Of a stretch of DNA of 64,000 bases, positions 59,676 to 64,000 are shown one piece after another. The notes beneath the pieces are model-generated. The model searched no databases. It saw only the letters and a program-made list of their open reading frames with translations, and was not told the DNA's origin. The position numbers were made by a program, and so were the translations under genes. The number at the start of each line of letters is the position of its first letter. The stretch's first letter is position 1. The DNA is from Planctomycetota bacterium (GTDB lineage: Bacteria; Planctomycetota; B15-G4), in NCBI GenBank assembly GCA_038212275.1, contig JBBQUR010000014.1:73533-137532 (forward strand), read 5' to 3'.

Positions 59676-60374
59676 ATGACCGCTGCCGATTCCGGACACG
59701 AGCTGGTCGCCTGTCACGATTGCGACCTGTTGCATCACGTCAAGCCGCTGCCTGTGGGCACGACGGCGCGCTGCACGCGCTGCGGCAGCCTTCTCGCGCA
59801 GAATCGCCGCGACAGCCTGGACCACACGCTCGCGTGGACGATGGCCAGCCTGCTGCTGTTCATCGTCGCCAACAGCTTCCCGATTCTCTCCTTCGAGATG
59901 GGCGGGCGGGTCCAGGAGAACGAGCTCTTTTCCGGCTGCATCGAGCTGTACAGCCAGGGCTGGTGGCCGCTCGCGGCGCTGGTCTTCCTGGCCAGCGTGC
60001 TGGCCCCGGCGCTGCGCATCGCGGGCCTGCTCTACGTGCTCGTGCCGCTCAAGCTGGGACGGCCGCCGCTCAAGCTGGTGCCGGTCTTCCGCCTCGTCGA
60101 AGTGCTCGAGCCGTGGAGCATGCTCGAGGTCTTCATGCTCGGCGTGATCGTGGCCATCATCAAGCTCTCCGCTCTCGCGGAGGTCGTGATGAGCACCGGG
60201 CTCTACGCGTTCATGGGACTCATCATCACGTCCACTGCGGCGGTCGTCGTGCTGGATCCGGAACTCATCTGGCGGCGGGTGCCGCAGCAGGCGCGGACCG
60301 ATGCGTCCGGCGCGGGCGGATCGCGCCCGCCACGGGGGCGACAACCGGCGGCGCTCGCGGAGCCGAACGCATGA
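59676..60374 (+). CDS. pqiA: Paraquat-inducible protein A family, single-domain (first half)
   Basis: CHDCDLL...CTRCGS zinc-ribbon then 4 TM segments. Confidence 0.8.
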   Translation: MTAADSGHELVACHDCDLLHHVKPLPVGTTARCTRCGSLLAQNRRDSLDHTLAWTMASLLLFIVANSFPILSFEMGGRVQENELFSGCIELYSQGWWPLAALVFLASVLAPALRIAGLLYVLVPLKLGRPPLKLVPVFRLVEVLEPWSMLEVFMLGVIVAIIKLSALAEVVMSTGLYAFMGLIITSTAAVVVLDPELIWRRVPQQARTDASGAGGSRPPRGRQPAALAEPNA

Positions 60375-61057
60375 GCGCCGCGGCGGGAGGTCCCGGCGCC
60401 GCCGGAGGCGCGAAAGCCGCCCACGCCGTGCCGCTCACGACCGCGCGCGCCGCGGGCTTCGTCCGCTGCCACGCCTGCGGCCAGCTGGCGCGCCACCGCC
60501 GGCTCCCGCCCGGCAGCGAGGCAAGCTGCCCGCGCTGCGAGGCGCCGCTGCACCTGCGCAAGCCGAACAGCATCGCCCGCACCTGGTGCTTCCTCATCGC
60601 GGCCCTGATCATGTATCTGCCGGCGAACCTGCTGCCCGTGATGGCGGTCACGTACTTCGGGGCGAGCGAGCCCGACACGATCATGAGCGGCGTGAAGGTG
60701 TTCTTCTCGTCGGGCGACTATGCCATCGCCATCCTGGTGCTCATCGCGAGCGTCACCGTGCCGATGATCAAGCTGCTCGGCCTCGCCTACCTGCTGCTGT
60801 CGGTGCATTACCGCTGGGCATGGCGCCCGAAGGACCGCACGCGCCTGTACCGGGTCATCGAGATCATCGGGCGCTGGTCGATGCTCGACATCTTCATGAT
60901 TTCCATCCTCGTTGCGCTGGTCCGGCTCGACGCGATCGCGACCATCCAGGCCGGCGCAGGCGCGACAGCCTTCGCGGCGGTGGTCATCCTCACCATGTTC
61001 GCAGCGAGCAGTTTCGACCCGCGCCTGATCTGGGACTCTCTGGAGGACGTGCCATGA
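60371..61057 (+). CDS. pqiA: Paraquat-inducible protein A family, single-domain (second half)
   Basis: CHACGQL...CPRCEA zinc-ribbon then 4 TM; ATGA overlap with previous. Confidence 0.8.
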   Translation: MSAAAGGPGAAGGAKAAHAVPLTTARAAGFVRCHACGQLARHRRLPPGSEASCPRCEAPLHLRKPNSIARTWCFLIAALIMYLPANLLPVMAVTYFGASEPDTIMSGVKVFFSSGDYAIAILVLIASVTVPMIKLLGLAYLLLSVHYRWAWRPKDRTRLYRVIEIIGRWSMLDIFMISILVALVRLDAIATIQAGAGATAFAAVVILTMFAASSFDPRLIWDSLEDVP

Positions 61058-62649
61058 GCAAAGCCAAACCCGACGCACCCGCTCCGGGGGACATTCCCGG
61101 CGCGGAGGACGTGCCCGACGTGACGGTGAAGGTGCGCAGCGGCCCGTCCATCGTGTGGATCGTCCCCATCGTCGCGGCCCTCATCGGCGCGTGGCTCTGG
61201 TATGCGGCCGAGCAGGAGAAGGGCCCCACGATCACCATCACGCTGAGCACCGCCGAGGACATCGAGTCCGGCAAGACCACCGTGAAGTTCAAGAACGTGA
61301 ACCTCGGCGAGGTCGAGCACATCGAGATCAAGAAGGATCTCTCGGGCGTCCTGGTCACGGTGCAGACCAATCACCTCGCAAAACCTTACCTCCGCGAAGG
61401 CACCCGCTTCTGGGTCGTGCGGCCGCGCATCGGCGCGCGCGGCATTTCGGGCCTGGGCACGCTCGTGTCCGGCGCGTTCATCGAGATGGAGCCGGCAGCC
61501 ACGGGCGAGCCGTGTGTGGTGTTCACGGGCCTCGAGGACCCGCCCGTCGCGCCCATCGATGCGCCCGGCCTCACGCTGAAGCTCGACGCGCAGAATCTCG
61601 GGTCGCTGGATGTCGGCTCGGGCGTCTTCTTCAAAGGGGTTCAGGTCGGCCAGGTCGAGAGTCACAACCTCGCGGTGGACCGGCAGGGCGTGGACGTGAC
61701 CATTTACATCGATGCCCAATTCGCGCCGCTCGTGCACAAGACCACGCTCTTCTGGAACGCGAGCGGCTTCGATGCGTCTCTCGGTGCCGACGGACTTCAG
61801 GTGAGCATGCCGTCGCTGGACGCGCTCGTCAGCGGCGGCATCGACTTCGAGACGCCTGCGGAATCCGCAACCAGCCCGCAGGCCCGCAGCGGCGACGGGT
61901 ACGTGCTCTTCGGAACCAAGGCCATCGCATTGCTGCAAAGACCGCAGGAAGGCGTGACTGTGGTGATGTACTTCACCGGCACCGTGCGAGGGCTCGCCAT
62001 CGGTGCCCCGGTGGAGTTCCGAGGCATGCGGCTGGGAAGCGTCAAGGATTTCTGGCTCGAGTTCGACGCCGATACCCACGTGGCGCGCATTCCGGTGGTC
62101 TGCGGCATGGTGCGCAGCGTCAAACACCGCGTCGACACGGGCGAGAAGTCCACGCCGGAACAGGACCTGCAGGGTCTCATCGACCGCGGCCTGCGTGCGC
62201 GCCTCTCCACGGCAAGCCTCATCGCGGGCTCGCTCTTCGTGGATCTGGACCTGTTCCCGGAGCCTCCCATCGTGCTGGTCGGGGGCCAGAAGTATTTCGA
62301 GGTGCCGACCATTCCCTCCACGAGCGAGACGCTGAGCAACTCGCTGACGGAGGCTTCGGCCATCGTCGGGGACCTGCGCACCATGATCCAGCAGGTGGGC
62401 AGCAGCACGCCGCGCCTCATTGCCAACGTGGAGCAGACGACCGTCGCGATCCAGGACACGCTCGCGCAGGCCACCAATGCGCTGAAGAAGATCGAGGCGC
62501 TGGCTGTCGAGGGCGCGCAGATGCGGGGCCCGGCGCAGGATGCGCTGGCCGAACTCGGCAAGACGCTCCGCTCCGTACGCGTGCTCGCGAGCATGCTCGA
62601 ACAACATCCCGAAGCACTCATCCAGGGCAAGCCCGCAGGAGACCGCTGA
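61054..62649 (+). CDS. pqiB: Intermembrane transport protein PqiB (multi-MCE domain)
   Basis: N-terminal TM anchor IVWIVPIVAALIGAWLW, three MCE-like repeats, C-terminal helical region. Confidence 0.85.
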   Translation: MSKAKPDAPAPGDIPGAEDVPDVTVKVRSGPSIVWIVPIVAALIGAWLWYAAEQEKGPTITITLSTAEDIESGKTTVKFKNVNLGEVEHIEIKKDLSGVLVTVQTNHLAKPYLREGTRFWVVRPRIGARGISGLGTLVSGAFIEMEPAATGEPCVVFTGLEDPPVAPIDAPGLTLKLDAQNLGSLDVGSGVFFKGVQVGQVESHNLAVDRQGVDVTIYIDAQFAPLVHKTTLFWNASGFDASLGADGLQVSMPSLDALVSGGIDFETPAESATSPQARSGDGYVLFGTKAIALLQRPQEGVTVVMYFTGTVRGLAIGAPVEFRGMRLGSVKDFWLEFDADTHVARIPVVCGMVRSVKHRVDTGEKSTPEQDLQGLIDRGLRARLSTASLIAGSLFVDLDLFPEPPIVLVGGQKYFEVPTIPSTSETLSNSLTEASAIVGDLRTMIQQVGSSTPRLIANVEQTTVAIQDTLAQATNALKKIEALAVEGAQMRGPAQDALAELGKTLRSVRVLASMLEQHPEALIQGKPAGDR

Positions 62650-63317
62650 TGAATCGCCTCACGACACCTCGCCGTGCTCCACGCACCGATGCCCCCTTCG
62701 CCCGGAGCGCGATCCGGCACTCCGTCTCGCGGGCCGCAGCGTGCCTCGCTCTCTGTCTGGGGGCTGCGGCCTGCAGCTCGCCGCCAGCGCGCTTCTACTC
62801 GCTCGTGCCGCTGGCGGAGAAACCGTCGCTCCCTGCCCGCGCCGACACCGCCGGCTCGCTCGTCGGCCTCTCGACCGTGCACATTCCCGACATCGTGGAC
62901 CGGCCGCAGTTCGTGACCTCCGTCTCGGAGTACGAGCGGCGCATCGATGAGTACGCGCGCTGGGCCGAGCCGCTCGCGTCTCACATCACCGGGGTGCTCG
63001 CGGAGAACCTGGCCACGCTGCTCGCCCCCCGGCCCGTCCTGGTCGAGCCGGGCCGCGACGGTCGCGATGCGGCGATGATGCTCCGGATCGAGATCCTCCA
63101 CTTCGACGCGCGGGTCGGGGGCGACGCGGTGCTGACCGCGCAATGGAGCCTCACCGGTCCCACCGACACGACGACGGTCTTTGCGGAGGCTGCCGGGACT
63201 TGGAGTTCCCCCATGCGCGGGGACGATCCATCCCTGCTGGCCGAGGCCATGAGCAACAATCTCCTGCAGATGAGCCACGCGCTCGCGGAAGCCATCACTC
63301 ACCAGCCGACACCCTGA
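62649..63317 (+). CDS. PqiC/YmbA-like ABC-type transport auxiliary lipoprotein
   Basis: Lipobox LALCLGAAACSS; size and position after pqiB. Confidence 0.7.
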   Translation: MNRLTTPRRAPRTDAPFARSAIRHSVSRAAACLALCLGAAACSSPPARFYSLVPLAEKPSLPARADTAGSLVGLSTVHIPDIVDRPQFVTSVSEYERRIDEYARWAEPLASHITGVLAENLATLLAPRPVLVEPGRDGRDAAMMLRIEILHFDARVGGDAVLTAQWSLTGPTDTTTVFAEAAGTWSSPMRGDDPSLLAEAMSNNLLQMSHALAEAITHQPTP

Positions 63318-63429
63318 TCGTTTTCACTCGGGAGGGGCGGGCCGCATCGGCCGTCGCAAGCCCGATCCCCCTTTCGGCCCTCGGATGATCGCCCCCCCGG
63401 GCGGCGGCGCTGCCTGCCGCGCATCTTGC

Positions 63430-63520
63430 CAGCACGCCGGCTTCCAAGCCCGCAGGCTTCCCTGCACACAGGCTTCCCAGCACGCAGGCTCGCCCGTCGC
63501 AGGCTCGCCAATTGGCCGAT
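63430..63520. repeat. Degenerate ~15-bp tandem repeat (CAGGCTYSCC-N5) x5 plus CCAATTGGCCGATTGGCCAA palindromic motif, intergenic
   Basis: cgcaggcttccctgcaca/caggcttcccagcacg/caggctcgcccgtcg/caggctcgccaattgg. Confidence 0.6.
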
Positions 63521-63778
63521 TGGCCAACGGTCCAAGCTGGCGACAGACAGCAAGCCGGCTGCCGATTCGCCGGCAGTGCCTGCGGATTCCGTCCCGCAAG
63601 TTCTGCATGTACTCCGGCGTTTGCGCGTCCCGTTCGCCTCGCGCGGACGGCCCGGGGTGCCGATACGTGGTATTGTTTCGGGCTTGCATCAGGTCGACGA
63701 GTGGGCAGCGGTCTCGACTCCTGCCGGCTCGTTCCCCGTGATTCCGCACGGGCACCACACCACGGAAGCGAGATTGCC

Positions 63779-64000
63779 ATGAAAGTGCTCTTCCTCAGTC
63801 CGTACCTCGCCCAGGAGCCTCTGGGCGTCATGATGCTGTCCACCGCGCTCAAGCGCGCGGGCCACGAGACCAAGCTGATCTTCCTGCCCGACGCGCACTT
63901 CGAAAAGAAGCTCCGCGACTTCGACCCGGGCGTGCTGTGCTACTCGTTCACGACGGGCATGCAAGCCAACATCGCCGGCGTCAATCAGCGCGCGCGCAAA
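63779..64000 (+). CDS. B12-binding-domain/radical-SAM-type protein, 5' fragment (runs off window)
   Basis: MKVLFLSPYLAQEPLGVMMLSTALKRAGHE resembles N-terminal B12-binding domain of class B radical SAM enzymes. Confidence 0.4.
   Translation, partial: MKVLFLSPYLAQEPLGVMMLSTALKRAGHETKLIFLPDAHFEKKLRDFDPGVLCYSFTTGMQANIAGVNQRARK

Overview
This is a 64-kb chromosomal segment from a high-GC (roughly 70%) diderm bacterium. I did not attempt a taxon call. It is densely packed with about 50 protein-coding genes and one tRNA (tRNA-Val), with no rRNA, CRISPR array, transposase or integrase. Many six-frame ORFs in the supplied track are GC-driven antisense or fused-frame artefacts (for example 5127..7391, 8224..11637, 34935..40763, 28938..30461), and the track prints GTG starts as 'M'. 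I therefore re-derived gene boundaries from signal peptides, conserved N-termini and stop/start overlaps. Coordinates I indexed by hand are +/-1-2 nt, because I saw +/-1 offsets against the track in a few places.

The content is mostly housekeeping, split across two strands. The first group is ruvB, tgt, a Mo-bisPGD oxidoreductase with a fused FeS/NrfD partner, an aminotransferase, gmd-rmd-uppP, ald, htrA, nadD, thiE-thiL-tsaE, dacB, galE, purC-purE-mtnA, zwf-gnd, ackA-xfp-glgP and pqiA-pqiA-pqiB-pqiC.

The most unusual locus is a minus-strand operon: suhB-like, then a tandem-duplicated UvrA of 1939 aa, then an XPB/ERCC3-type helicase, each joined by ATGA/GTGA overlaps. Two strong hairpins follow, then the XPB helicase-associated partner gene, which is coupled to thiE.

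The other features worth a second look are:
- two genes (thiE and a secreted SNase) whose conserved N-termini can only be reached from a CTG codon sitting in a CTGA overlap with the upstream stop;
- a 1.07-kb non-coding island holding two inverted copies of a 109-125 bp near-palindromic element that flank 615 bp, upstream of an FG-GAP surface protein;
- several 9-15 bp tandem minisatellites, both intergenic and in-frame inside conserved enzymes;
- a tRNA-Val(GAC) with C33 instead of U33.
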